From Takakia lepidozioides (Eukaryota; Plantae; Bryophyta): a stretch of 64,000 bases of DNA. The position numbers and the translations under genes were made by a program. The stretch is taken from positions 41,726,001 to 41,790,000 of the forward strand of contig CM060731.1 of assembly GCA_030704615.1 (NCBI GenBank), given 5' to 3'. The notes under the pieces were generated by a model. It saw only the letters and a list, made by a program, of their open reading frames with translations. It ran no database searches and was not told the DNA's origin. Below are positions 1-12,299 of the stretch, piece by piece (positions within the stretch are counted from its first letter, which is position 1; each line of letters starts with the position of its first letter).

Positions 1-571
1 TGTCACTTGCCAAATCAATACGAATCTCCTGACCCTTCAAACTCCCCAAATCCTTCAAACCGAAAGCAAAGCAATTTCTATAAGCCCTTAGAAATCGCTG
101 GATCCTCCGTCTCTCTCCTCCGGTGACTGTAGGTCCAACATCCGGTTCCCAATTGTCCTCAGTGACTGCAACCTTGGGTACACCAGGCTTAGAGATAGGA
201 GACGAATCCTTTGGTTACTAGATAGCAACCTCTTGGGCCTTGTCCGCCCACTCTGACTGTGGCGTAGCCTCCACTTGCTCCGCCATAGCCACCTTGAGAA
301 CATCCTCTGGGGAAGAAACATCGTCAACCTCTTCAAAAACCTTAGTCACCTTGGCCTCCAACTGATCCTCAGTGTATGGCTCTCCCCACTCCTCATACTG
401 CTGCTTGAGAGATCCAATAACTCTCTCTTTGCGCATCTTATCCCATATCTGCCATAGATGTTTGCACCCCATGATCCTGTGCTCGCCCCCACTCACTGCC
501 TCCACCGTCCCGGTTGGAAGAGAGGGTGCAATATCCAATGGGAGTGCGGAAGTAGCCACCAATGCTTGCAT
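1..571 (-). pseudogene. pol linker and start of the reverse transcriptase region
   Basis: ORFs 218-571 and 88-336 plus a frame reading FLRAYRNCFAFGLKDLGSLKGQEIRIDLASD, typical of the Gypsy segment just before RT; frameshifted. Confidence 0.7.
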
Positions 572-589
572 CTCTGTTGCTCAGCCATA

Positions 590-1575
590 CACAAGCCAAT
601 GACCCATGTCAAGCAATTGAGATCCATTGCCTGACCCTACACCTGGCATCGTGATGCCTCTGACAGAGCTGGCACAACTGTAGTGCCCGTGGAAAATCCC
701 ATTGCCCGCTCTCGCTCATCCGCATTGGGCTCCACCAATTGCTGTAGCACACTGTCCCAAATCAACCCAAGACCATTGTCTCAAAAAGCATGAGACGAGG
801 GAAAGCTCATGAGCGTAGGCAAAGCTGCACGTGGCTGCCCCACTCGATTGACCACCGCCAAAGGTGGACGATCATCATGTCGCACTCTCTGTGGTTGCCT
901 CCCTTGGTCCAAAATGCCCTCAACCGTGAGGTTGGGTGGCCGTTGAATGGAATCATAGGCTCTCTTGAGCAACTCTAGTGGTGCAAGATTGATCCACCAC
1001 AACCTAGGCCTATGTGCCCGTGAACCCACTGCAGCTGCATCCAACAATACAGCTGGTCCAATCCATGACCGGATCTGATGCACACTGGCCATAACCTTGG
1101 CCCGAGAATCCCCCATGAGAGGAATATTCTCCAAGATGTAAGCTGAAGGTTGCACTTGCCTCACTTGCAAGTCACGCAACACTCGCAACATCTCCCAGAA
1201 CAAATGCGATCGTGCATCATGCAAGCCATTCCCATGACCTGCGGGAGAGACGTGTCCTTGGCAAGGCCATCCAGCTATCACCAAGTCAATGGCACCATGC
1301 CGGTCCAAATCATCCGCCCCCAGCAAGGTAATGTCTGCTGGCAAGGCCTTTTGATACCCTTGAATTGCTGAGAGAGGCAACAACTCAGGATATTGATGTG
1401 TGAGCAAGGCAACATGGCGCATGGAAACACGCCGAGCAATCTCATCCTTCTCCACATACAAGTACTTGCGTACTTTGATTCCTGCTTGCAACACTCCTGG
1501 GCTCATGCCTCCAAACAGGTCTAGCAGACAAATGCCTGAGTTCGGTTGTTGCCAGATAATGGGCACTGTGTCCAA
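590..1575 (-). pseudogene. C5 cytosine DNA methyltransferase domain (DNMT3/bacterial-like layout) within the retrotransposon polyprotein
   Basis: Motif I LDLFGG, II YVEKD, III DI, IV GWPCQG, VI ENI, VII LDAA and VIII AHRPRLWW in ORF 781-1575. Motifs IX (ERERAMGF, about 695-720) and X (GQAMD, about 622-636) follow in-frame stops. Confidence 0.93.
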
Positions 1576-1584
1576 ATGAGCTAA

Positions 1585-2832
1585 CTAAGGAGGTCCAGGT
1601 GATGTCACTGAACTCCCTTCACTCACCAATGGATAGGCCTCCTGCCATGCTTGGTGCACACACTTGCATGCTACTCGATGCAAATTCCCAACTGTACCCC
1701 ATAGTGGAATATGAACAGACACATGAGGAAGCAAATCAGCCTTATATGCCAATTGTTTGTCCTCATCAGGTGGTGGCCTATCATTTGCATGGCTATTTCC
1801 CTCCAAGAGCTCACCACCCCAAGCCACCACCCCTGAAAATGCAGCCAATGTGGGCATCATGTTCCTATGATCCACCGCTACATTCCCAATAAACCGCACT
1901 GGGAGCAGTGCACATCGGCCATCTCTTGACTGCCACTCCGGCCTGTAGGATGTCATTTCCTCCCAAAAGTCCAAAGTAAACCCCATGGGGTACAACACAG
2001 CCCCACCAACAAGCACACCATAGGACATCGTGTCCGTAACAATGGCTTTAGCTCTCATGACTGAGCCGTCTATAGGATGATCCGAGTGCAATCGAATGAA
2101 GAGCTCATGGCATGTAATCCCTCGCGCCTTCTCTGAACCACCCAAAGATGTTTGAATTTGGAAATGGCAAGGCTCTAAATCCGCCTCTGTGAGGCCCCTA
2201 GCTGCCGCTCGCCACGGCGCAGCTGTGGCTGACTTCACCCTCGAATCCAAAGCATCCATAAACTGCACCTTATCTGCTATCTCCGCAGATAGTGCCGATG
2301 TATCACCACTCTCACAGAGTCTAGCTGCTAGTCTGAACACAGCAGCTGGCCGAATCCCCGACATTGCAATGGTCATTGCAGAAAATAATGGAGCTTGGCA
2401 AACCGCCGTAGCCGCCCCCAACAATGTATTGGCTGCACCTTGTTTTACAGCACCACCCACTGGCATTTCCCGAGCCACACCAACTCTCCCCAATGGTATT
2501 CGTGGCTCTACCTCTGACACACTTGGGCGAGCGGGTGCCATTGATGGCGTAGGTGGCACTATCTCAGCCAATGTAAAGGATTGTGGAAGCCTTGTCTGAT
2601 GACTTGCTTCCCCCCTTTGTGGATCAAAATCCACATCCGCTCCTCTTGGCTCAGGAGCACGCGTTGCTGCTCGAGTGACAGAAGCAGCAGAGTCCAATAC
2701 ATGCAATGGCCCTGCAAGTGCGGCTCCACACATGAAACCCATACCAATCTGGTCTTCCTTAGGCATAGGAGGTTGTGCAGGTGGGGCTTGAACCTCAAGC
2801 CTTGGAGCTGGCGCAACATGAGTAGTGGCCAT
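1585..2832 (-). pseudogene. gag-pol linker and retroviral-type aspartic protease region (catalytic motif apparently lost)
   Basis: C-terminal protease-like signature (DLEPCHFQIQTSLGG...SYGVLVGGAVLYPMGFTLDFW) is present, but no intact D(S/T)G motif. Confidence 0.65.
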
Positions 2833-2949
2833 GGCAGCAAGACGTTGCTCTAGCTGGCAAGTTTATCCACCATGCCTTCGTCATGACCTTGACCCTGACC
2901 CTGTGCTCCTTGGTTTTGGTTACGACCTCCACCCCGACCTCTGCCTCCT

Positions 2950-3960
2950 CTACCTCACGGGACTACATTGCCTCGTCCTCGGCCACCATTGTCCTTTGCC
3001 TCTCTCCGGGCAATCCTTATTGACATGGGGTCCTCCACAATTCCAACAAGTCATACCCGACTGTTGTTGGCCTGAGAATGAAGGAAGAGACCTCTGCATC
3101 TGAGATCCTCTCTGTCCTTCCCTCGGCTTCACCTGAGCCTCCTTGTTGCCTTGAACACGTTGGGATAGTGGTTGTTGTTGGCTAGGAGCCCTACTTCGTT
3201 GTGTCTCCTTGCCAAACCCCACCATGACCACTCGCTCCTCCACCATATTGAGCTCTATCCGCTCTGCCAGCAAAAACACAGTTGCTAAGGTGGGTTGGTC
3301 CACTTGTAGGAGAGTTGCATCCCGCACCATTCTCCTCAGCTCCTTGTCCAGGATCCCATACCAGAACTGGACTGCCTGAGCTTCTGTAACCCCTTGGGTT
3401 ACGTTTATCAAGCGCCTCATGCGGGTGTAAGCCTCCCTCAAACTCTCAGTAGACCTTCGTTGGAACTCTTGCAAGCTCCGCAACTTCTCTGTCCTTATCT
3501 CTTGGTAGTTTCTCCTCAACTCCTCGAAGAACTCCACAACTGGGTTAAAGGCAGGCACGGGTGCTGGTGCTGCAGCAGGAGCTTGAGTGGATTTCCCAGC
3601 TCCTGTACCACTTGTCCCACTACTAGTGCTTGCAGTTGGAGATGTTTGTGTAGCTGCTGGTGTCGCCGTTGCCCTTGTGCCTCTAGTGATGGAGACATAG
3701 TTAGGTGACCAATACTCTCGCCACTCCTCAATCTCCACCGCGTGTCCCCGCCTAAATTCATGGTAATCATCCATGGGCGGCCCCTCAAAGTGCTGGAATA
3801 GTCCCTTCCACGCCATAAAGGGCGTAAACAGTTGTGGATTGCGCATTTGCTGCAAATCACACCAACTGTCAAACTCTTGTATGAAGTCATCAAGCTCGAT
3901 GGTGCCCACAGCTCCAGAGTACCTACGTGGCCCCTTGGTAGCTCCATACATCTCCTCCAT
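2950..3960 (-). CDS. Retrotransposon Gag (capsid plus CCHC zinc knuckle)
   Basis: Part of ORF 2950-4395 from MEEMYG; EFQRRSTESLREAYTRM major-homology-like region; CWNCGGPHVNKDC knuckle. Confidence 0.85.
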   Translation of the reverse strand: MEEMYGATKGPRRYSGAVGTIELDDFIQEFDSWCDLQQMRNPQLFTPFMAWKGLFQHFEGPPMDDYHEFRRGHAVEIEEWREYWSPNYVSITRGTRATATPAATQTSPTASTSSGTSGTGAGKSTQAPAAAPAPVPAFNPVVEFFEELRRNYQEIRTEKLRSLQEFQRRSTESLREAYTRMRRLINVTQGVTEAQAVQFWYGILDKELRRMVRDATLLQVDQPTLATVFLLAERIELNMVEERVVMVGFGKETQRSRAPSQQQPLSQRVQGNKEAQVKPREGQRGSQMQRSLPSFSGQQQSGMTCWNCGGPHVNKDCPERGKGQWWPRTRQCSPVR

Positions 3961-4122
3961 CGTGTCCCACAACAATGGCACAGAAATGACTTGCACCCTC
4001 GGCAAGAATCCTCCTGACTCTGAGTCTGAACCTTCCTCAGAAGACACTGAAGGTGAAGGTGGCCTAAACCGCACACCTCGTCTTGTGTACCCACTAGTAT
4101 CGCTGGTGCCTTGGCAAATGGT

Positions 4123-4788
4123 TGTCACAACACTTGAGATATAAGAGATGACGCTCATTCTTCTCAAACTTTCAAACCTTTTGCTTCCACACACACAAGA
4201 CTTTCTCCCTGCAATACTTGCAAAGTCTTGTAACTCAAGAGCTCTCTCCTTGAGCTCTCCACCTCCTTGATGCAATGCAAACACACTCTCCCTTGCAACA
4301 CCTTGCAAGCCTTGTGAGATACCTGAGCTTTCCCTAGCTCTCTCACTCCTTGGTGTACACCAACACAAGTGCAAAACTATCCTTACACTCCGCACTCACA
4401 AGCATAAGGTCATCTTCTTGTAGTGATAATGGAAGTGAACATAATGGAAACCCTCCACTCATGAATCCACTCAATCACATAAACTAAGTCAAGCCAAGGG
4501 CACCCTTGCTAAGGGAATCCACCCTACAAAGCCCCCACCACACTCCCTCTCAATACCTAGAGCTATGGAGGTGAGAGAGGCTCATGGAGGCTCAACTACA
4601 AGAAGATGAGCCTCCTCCATCCTCAAAAGGGGAAAACCTATCCCCATGTCCCAAGTGAGGCTCGACACCTCACTTGGCATGTGAGACCAAACGAAGTCCC
4701 AACACACAAAATATAAATATAAATATCTAAAATATCCTAGTTAACTAAAAGTAGGTAATTCTAGATAGCCATGACTAAAACCATGACA
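4123..4788 (-). repeat. Probable 5' LTR of the MTase-carrying retrotransposon
   Basis: Bounded by TGTCA (4123) and TGACA (4788), directly upstream of gag. The partner LTR is outside the window. Confidence 0.65.
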
Positions 4789-5453
4789 CAATCAATGTCG
4801 ACTTCAAACATTTGAAGGTACCTATCAAAGTCTTCCCCCATAGTATACTCTAGATAGGGTTGAGTGGTGAGCTGAGGATCATAAAGGCGGCGATGACATA
4901 GATGCTTAGCTAAAAATCAATTGGCTACAGGCTATTTCATTTGCATGCAATATGGCGATTTGAGACCACTCACAATCTGAAATCTAAAATAATTAATGAA
5001 AGAAGTCCAAAGATGGCCAGCAAAAACCATAGCCTCAATTTCAAATAGCAAGGATCCAGGTCATGCTCCAAGGCGAGATCTCCACCGTTGATCACGCAAT
5101 GGGGCGACAGCCGCTAGATGTAGGGCTGTCGGGAATGTGTATTTCTGGCGCAACACGCATGTTCCCCTGGAGCTTTCTGGAACCAGCCCGTGCGCGCGCC
5201 CCTATTTTCTGGCGCATTTTTTGTTTTTTTTTTCCCAGGATTTTACATAGGGCTGTTGCAGCCCTTTGTTTTTTATCGCTTTTAGGCTCCATTTCGCCTA
5301 AAAAAAAAGCGCTGATCAAGATCATACCTTACCCAATAAATAGCCATTTATACACTAGATTCTCATCCGCCTATTGTTACCCATTCATCCCTAACTTGGT
5401 GAGTGCTAGTTGTTAGTTCCCTTCAGATTTATCCCTTCAGCTGTATTATATTC

Positions 5454-6514
5454 AGTGTTGTACTGCTATGTGTCAGTCGGTTGGGGTATGTGCACTGGTA
5501 TGAGTAAGGGTATTGTACAACATACCAGTTGGGTATGTCTTGGGGCATATACACCGGCTATACCTTGGACCCCCGGTTTTGAACACTGGACCTACCCCTC
5601 TACCTACCATACCAGTCTAAGTATGAACTATTTTCATACTCGGCTTGAGACCGGTATTGAGGATTGATGAACCCAAGCTAGCATGGGTACGTGTAATGAT
5701 ACACTTTTTTTGTGCTTATCCTCATTCAAATTTGTGCAATGTAGAAAATAGCACTATATTTTTGGGCTCCCATCGGCTGGCATCATTTATTTGAGCCACT
5801 AGCATCATGTATCCCAATCACTACAACATGGATCACCATAATATAACCATGTACCAGAAATATAAATTTATAAATAGCAGCAGGGGTTTGTGGGTACTAT
5901 ATAAAAGACATGTAAAAATAACATGAAGTCAACCTTAAAACACCATAATATATAATGTAATTGTAGAAGATACCATCCATTAAAAATATAACCATACCAT
6001 TATACATGTTGCCCCACGTATGTCATTTGAGTTTTTGTCATACCCATGCCTAGGACCAGGGTATCTCAAAATTTGAAATACCCATACCCATCCTATAACC
6101 TACCCTGGGCAATCCTAATCTACCCCGGGCCCTACCAGTTGGACCCAACAGCAAAATTGGACCTACCAGGACTAGTTGGGTATGCCAAAATAGACATACC
6201 GGTACAAATACTGGTTATATTCAATTTTTCTCAATTTCATTTAAAAAATGGAAACACCTATGAGCGACAGCTCACAAATCAGGCCCCTTAATTATAGTGA
6301 GACGAAAAAATAACCTCTTTCAGATCTTTCAGAGTAACCTCGTCGCGAAGGCTTTCGACACCGCCCAAGGGAAGGGGGAGAAGAACATACCAATGTTACA
6401 CTGGTATCAGTTTTAGGACATACCGGACTGGTCCTGATACCAGACGTATCGCAAAATATTTATACCAGACTAGTCCTGATATCAGACGTATCGCAAAAAA
6501 TTTATACCAGTCTG
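5454..6514. repeat. ATACC(A/G)G-rich region, probable non-autonomous DNA transposon remnant
   Basis: Many ATACCAG/ATACCGG/GGTAT motifs; CAGTGTT...AACACTG at 5454-5588; 41-bp tandem duplication at about 6420-6510; no TSD found. Confidence 0.35.
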
Positions 6515-7147
6515 TGTCAAGGACGAGAACATGACCGAACACAAACAAGAGATCAGACTAGAGGTACAAGACTAGGCAAGAGGTCAAGGTCGGCGTGGCC
6601 GTATGCGCGATGAGTAAATAAGAATCAAGGCGATCTTTATAACAATGAACAAGGCTACAAGATATTGGAACACGACTTGAATACTGGAATGCTGGAAACT
6701 GGACTGGAGTACCAGATACTGGAAACTGGGCTAGGGTACTGGAACTGGACTGGAGTACTGGGAACTGGAAACAAGAATAGCTTGAACTGGTGTTGGCGAG
6801 ACTTAAGAGTGTCCAGTCTCGCCTCCTATATATACTGGCTACTAAGAAGCTTCCATAAGAAGCTTCCCCTATGGAGGTTTCTTGCTGGAGAAGTCTCCAA
6901 GACTAAACAAAGGTTTCTTGATTGAGAAGCTTCCTTAAACAAAGGAGGTATCTTGATGGAGAAGTTTCCTCCAAATGAAGCTTCCTGAGCAGTTTCCCAA
7001 GTTACTCTTGGTAATTTGATAAACTCCTGGTAACTTGATAAATAATGGTAAATCATGATAGATCATGGTAAATCATGGTAAATCATGGTAACTTAGTAAC
7101 TTATGGTATTTACTCTTGATAAGTTTCTCTGGGCTATGTCCGTGACA
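6515..7147 (-). repeat. 3' LTR of the chromovirus
   Basis: TGTCA...TGACA termini; TATATATA at 6827-6834; internal tandem repeats (ACTGGA-type at 6680-6770, ATCATGGTAA at 7040-7095); minus-strand PPT GAGGAGGGGGTGA adjacent at 7148-7160. Confidence 0.9.
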
Positions 7148-7749
7148 TCACCCCCTCCTCTAGTGCCGAGTTCCTCGAGGAGCGGTAAAATCTTGGACTT
7201 GCTTAGAGTTGGAGAAAATCCAAAATCCGGCGAATGGTACTTGCCAAGTATTCGGCTCTTTGTTCTTGACTCAAATGATTTATAGGTCCCTGCAACCATC
7301 GATAGTGTCCAACACCTTGAACTTGGGACCACGCAATGATTTGAGCATTCTGATTCTCGAAGCTGCCTTCAAACATGATTTTGTTGCCCTCTGGGTCCGA
7401 AGCCTCAACCTCCAACAGAATTATCAGACTTCGAGTAGGCTCCACCTGTCGTCGTACGGGGTCTAGACGAGGAAGTATGCGTCGCATTGGTGGCCCATCG
7501 TCTCAAGAGTGTCGACGTGATGTTGAAGGTCGTGAGAATCGGAACGGCTGATCTGGTAGTTGGGTAAGCGACAACTCCAATGTATCTGGTTCCTCTGACT
7601 TCATATTGCCAATACAAGATGCAAGAGTGTTGGAAATATAGCTATATATACTGATGTGTGGTGCTCATCCCTCCTTAGCGTGTATCAGGTACATGAATGT
7701 GAAGTCTTCACCTTGAAGCTAACTTGGCTGACATCATCATTGTGACGTC

Positions 7750-8189
7750 TTATTGACGTGTAGCTCGGGGCCTAGCGAGATATCGTTGATGAAACTCTTG
7801 GACTTTGTCAGATGCATTGGCGAGGTTGGATGAAGGTTCCCACGTTCGTTCGTTGATGTCGTAGCCTTTCCAATGTACGAAATATTTAAGACGTTTATAC
7901 TTAATGCGAGAGTCTAAGACTTCGTCGATTTCATACTCAATTTCCTGATTGACTTCGATTGATGGAGGTGGTACGGAGACTCTCCCTGGATATTCGATGG
8001 ATGATACAACTCCATTAATGAAACATGAAAGACTAGATGGATGCGCATACTTCGTGGGATTTCAAGCCGAAAACTGACCGGATTTATTTGCCGAATAATT
8101 TTGAATGGTCCCAAGCGTTGATTATCCAACTTCCTTGATGGTCGCGAGGTTTGTATGTCCCATCGAAGAAGCCACACGACATTACCCAC
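7750..8189 (-). pseudogene. Integrase C-terminus (GPY/F) and chromodomain
   Basis: LGPFKIIRQIN...HLVFHVSL, then EYEIDEVLDSR...YFVHWKGYDINERTWEP (group I chromodomain); frameshifted. Confidence 0.9.
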
Positions 8190-10668
8190 TCAATATCAAG
8201 ATTTCAAGGATGTCTTCGAGAAGAAAAATGCAGACATGTTGCTAGAACATCGACCTTATGATTGTGCAATTGAGTTGCAAGAATGAGCTCAACCACCATT
8301 CGGCCTGATCTACAATTTATCTCAGACGGAGCTGGCTGCTTTACGGGAATACATTGATGAAAATTTGTCAAAGAATTTCATTCGACATTCGAAATCACCG
8401 CGGGAGCACCTATCTTATTTGTGAAGAAGAAGGACGGATCGTTACGCATGTGTGTGGACTATCGTGGGCTCAACAAAGTCACTATAAAAAATCGTTACCC
8501 ACTACCGCTGATTTTCGGACTCCTCGAACAACTCGGACGAGCAATTTTTTTCACAAAGATCGACTTGATATGAGCTTACAACCTTGTACGAATAAAAGAA
8601 GGAGACAAATGGAAGACTGTTTTTCGCATAAGCTACGAACATTTCGAATACGGTGTTATGCCTTTCGGTCTTACAAATGCTCCACAATTTTTCAACACAT
8701 GATGAATGACATCTTTCGAGAATTTTTCGATGACTGTGTAGTCATCTATTTGGACGACATTTTGATATTTTCACAGAATGAAGAAGAACATGGTCGCCAT
8801 GTACGCCTTGTCCTTGATTAATTGAGGGAAAAAAGACTATATGCCAAGTTGGAAAAATGTCTTTTCTACCAATCGAATTTTTGGGCTACATTATTTCCGA
8901 CAAATGAGTCTTTATGGATTAGAAAAAAATACAAACCATCATCGAGTGGATTAAACCAACTTCGGTCCGAGATGTACAATGTTTTATAGGATTTGTAAAT
9001 TTCTATAGAATCTTCATCAATGACTACTCCAAAATTGCTGCACCATTGACACGACTCACAGGAAAGGACAAATTTGTATGGGACGAGAAGGCTGACCAAA
9101 CATTTGAATGGCTGAAGCAGACATTTACAATGGCTCCAATACTGGTACATGCAGACCCATCTAAACCATTCTTTTTGGAAGCAGATGCATCGGACTTTGC
9201 ACTTGGCGCGGTATTCTCTCAATACGGTACAGATGGCTGACTTCACCCTGTTGGTTTTCGTTCTCGCAAATTTTCCGCTGCAGAGATCAATTATGAAATT
9301 CATGACAAAGAACTTCTAGCAATTATTGATGTTTTTGAGGAGTGGCGTCATCTATTGGAGGGAGCTAAACATCAGATCACTATCTATACCAATCACAAAA
9401 ACCTCAAGTATTTTATGAGTGTTCGTGTTTTGAATCGACGTCAAGCGAGATGGAGTATGTCACTAGCAATGTTTGATTTTGTTATTACCTACCGTCCCGG
9501 ATATCTTCAAGGAAAACCAGATGCTCTTTCTCGACGATCGTATCTTACGCCAAAAGAAGGGGATGCAGCTTTTGACCAACGGAAATCCATCATCTTGAAA
9601 CCAGCAAATCTCCAAGTGAATATGCTATTCATGTCCATCTATGACGATGTAGAGAGTAAAGAAAATCCAGGAAGCACTGAAGAGCGATCAATTTGCCACG
9701 ACACTACGAAGTCAACTAAATCGACCTCGAGACAACCCACATGTTACAAACGACTTCGAATTCAAAGATGGCTTATTTTATTTCAAGAGACTTCTCTATG
9801 TACCTCCAGGACCTATACGACTTCAAATTCTTCAAACATTCACGTCTTTCGGCTGCAGTACATTTCGACTTCAACAAAACAATGGAATTGACATCCGAGG
9901 ACTATTGGTGGCCACAGATGTGGAAACTCGTGAAAGAATTTATAAAATCTTGCGACACGTGTGCTAGAGCGAAGGGACCACGACATCGACCTTACGGCCT
10001 TCTTGAACCATTACCCATTCCCAAGGGTCCATGGTCGTCCGTGTCTATGGACTTTATTACGGACCTTCCAATTTCCAAGATCACCAATTCAATCCTTGTT
10101 ATTGTAGATCGTTTTACGAAGATGACACATTTCATTCCATGTAATAAGACGGTTACCGGCGAGGAAACTGCAAAACTCTTCCTCAATAATATCTACCGCA
10201 TTCATGGACTCCCGAAGGACATCATATCTGATCGAGGACCACAGTTCATATCATATTTCTGGAGGGGATTATTTCACATATTGGATACTAAGATCAACCT
10301 CTCTACATCTAATCATCCACAGACTGATGGTCAAACCGAACGTGTAAACCAGATTTTGGAACAGTATCTTCGCTGTACGATAAATTATCACCAAGATAAT
10401 TGGACGGACCTTCTGTCATTGGCTGAGTTTGCCTACAACAACACTATACATTCTTTGACCAAGCAAACTCCATTTTTCTCCAATTATGGTCATCATCCTC
10501 GAGCAAACCCTTTCCACATGAAGACTGTTGGAAACCATGCTGCAGAAAACTTTGCTACTCATCTTGCTATGATTCACAAGGAGCTTACATTCCACCTCAC
10601 AGAAGCTCAAAAACAATACAAGGAATATGCAGATCAACGTCGCCAACTCCAACCCCAGTTCAAGGTCA
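8185..10668 (+). pseudogene. RT - RNase H - integrase core, inverted relative to the rest of the element
   Basis: YLDD RT motif, EADASDFALGAV RNase H, and HHCC/DDE integrase (SMDFITDLP, SDRGPQF, DGQTERVNQ), all on + while gag and the chromodomain are on -. Confidence 0.92.
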
Positions 10669-12263
10669 AGGGTCTGTTGTGGTTTTGATCGGAGTCACAT
10701 AAAGTACAAATGTCGCGTCTTTCTTCGTAGCTCTCATGAAGGCTTTAGCTCCAAGAAACAGAGGTTGAATACCTTTGGTGCTTTTGCATTTTTGTCTTGC
10801 CGAAATTTTTCGTGATCGCCAGTCGATGTCAGGATTATGAAGTACAAACCAGGGAAGTCCAAGGATCACATGATTCGTTGGAGACTGGATGACATTGAAA
10901 ACAATCTGTGATGCTTGATTTTTAAGCTTCACTTCAAGGGGTCATGTTTCATGGTCAATATTTTCTGATGCAAACGGTCATTCATCGATGACTTCAACAG
11001 GGGCCGAGAATTTCTTTCTTACGAGCATTAAATTGTGTTGCTTCGAGTCTTTGTCAATAAAACACGCTGAAGCGCCTGAGTCCAAAAGTGCTTCTACGGA
11101 GATATCTCGATTTTGCATCCTGATCTTTACTAGAACTGTGAAACAAGGTACAAGGTCTGGAGGTAGAAAGAGACATTTTTTTGGTGAGGAATTTGGGGTG
11201 TCCAGCCGCATGGTCCCTACTATGACTAGACATCTTCGTTTTCCGACCTCCTCGTATCGAACACTTGAGTTGTGCCCCGAGCTTTGAATCTTCTCTTGTT
11301 GGGGCAGTTTAATGCTATGTGATCATCTTCTCTGCAATAAAGACATAATCCATTCGAGCGTCGTCTCTTGTTTTTCTTGTGGCGTCAATGGCTTGAATCG
11401 GACAGCATCAATATGCATAGGATCATTACCGGATGTCTGATGGATTGTTGTGTTTGGTGTCGTAGTAGCAGTGGCATGGTGCGTCGTCGACCATGCAGAT
11501 CGCTTCTCTTGACGTCTTTCGAACAAACGATTATCGCATGCAATGACTTGAGTGATGAATTCGCTCAGTGTACTCACGTTTGACATTGTCAGCAACAAAT
11601 ATTTTACATCTTCTTTTAGGCCACATTGAAACTGACTAATGAGACTCTTCTCATTCCAGTCGAGGTCGCACATAAGTTGTCGAAATTCGGCAGCATAAAC
11701 GGAAGCTGGACGTGTTCATTGTCGAAGATTTTGCATCTTTGTCTCTGCAACTCTCTCTATATCATTCTCTCCGAACGTTACAGTGAACTCGGACATGAAC
11801 GCTTCAAAATTGTATAGTAAATGCGAATTTTTCTCTAATAGCAGTGCAAACCAAGATAGGGCAGTGCTGGATAGAATGCTGCCCACAAATCCCACTTGAA
11901 TACCTTCATCATGGTAGCGTTGTGGATGAGTCGTAGGAACAATCATACTTGTTGAACAAAACCGCGAAATCTTGATCTCGTCCCATCAAATTTTTCGGGC
12001 ATGCTGACCTTTGGTTCCCTTGTAATCTGTTGAAGATTTGGAGGAACCGTTGCAGTAGGATTTGTTGTAGTAGGGACTCGTAAGGTTGAAGATCCATTGT
12101 TCGACTCCTTCAACTCTGAAATTTGTTGTTGCAAATTGTTGAGAACGTTGTTAAGATCTTGAGACTGATCAGCTTGTAGTTGGGCAGTAGAGGCACAAAG
12201 TTCTTGCATCTGGAGCTGAAGACTCTGCAATGTGGCGACCATTTCCGCAAATGCGCCTTCCAT
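10669..12263 (-). pseudogene. gag and aspartic protease of the chromovirus
   Basis: PEKFDGTRSRFRGF gag, CLYC..H..C knuckle, ALLDSGASACFID protease; multiple stops. Confidence 0.9.
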
Positions 12264-12288
12264 CTTAACTAACTAAGGAACAAACTTT

Positions 12289-12299
12289 AGTCTCGCCAA
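12289..12299 (-). promoter_or_regulatory. Self-priming-type primer binding site (TTGGCGAGACT)
   Basis: Lies 2 nt from the 5' LTR end; complementary over 11 nt to the minus-strand LTR sequence at 6793-6803, about 30 nt downstream of the TATA box. Confidence 0.75.

Larger units (their letters stand above)
1..4788 (-). mobile_element. Ty3/Gypsy LTR retrotransposon with an embedded C5 DNA methyltransferase (5' part; continues beyond window start)
   Basis: Minus-strand order: LTR (4123-4788), gag with CCHC knuckle, protease-like region, C5-MTase, linker, then pre-RT pol segment (YRNCFAFGLKDLGSLKGQEIRIDL at about 1-95). Several stops and frameshifts make it a degenerate copy. Confidence 0.88.

Noticed and set aside
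3961-4395. N-terminal extension of the Gag ORF in the ORF track
   Set aside because: It runs through the LTR and leader from a non-ATG start; translation more plausibly begins at 3960.
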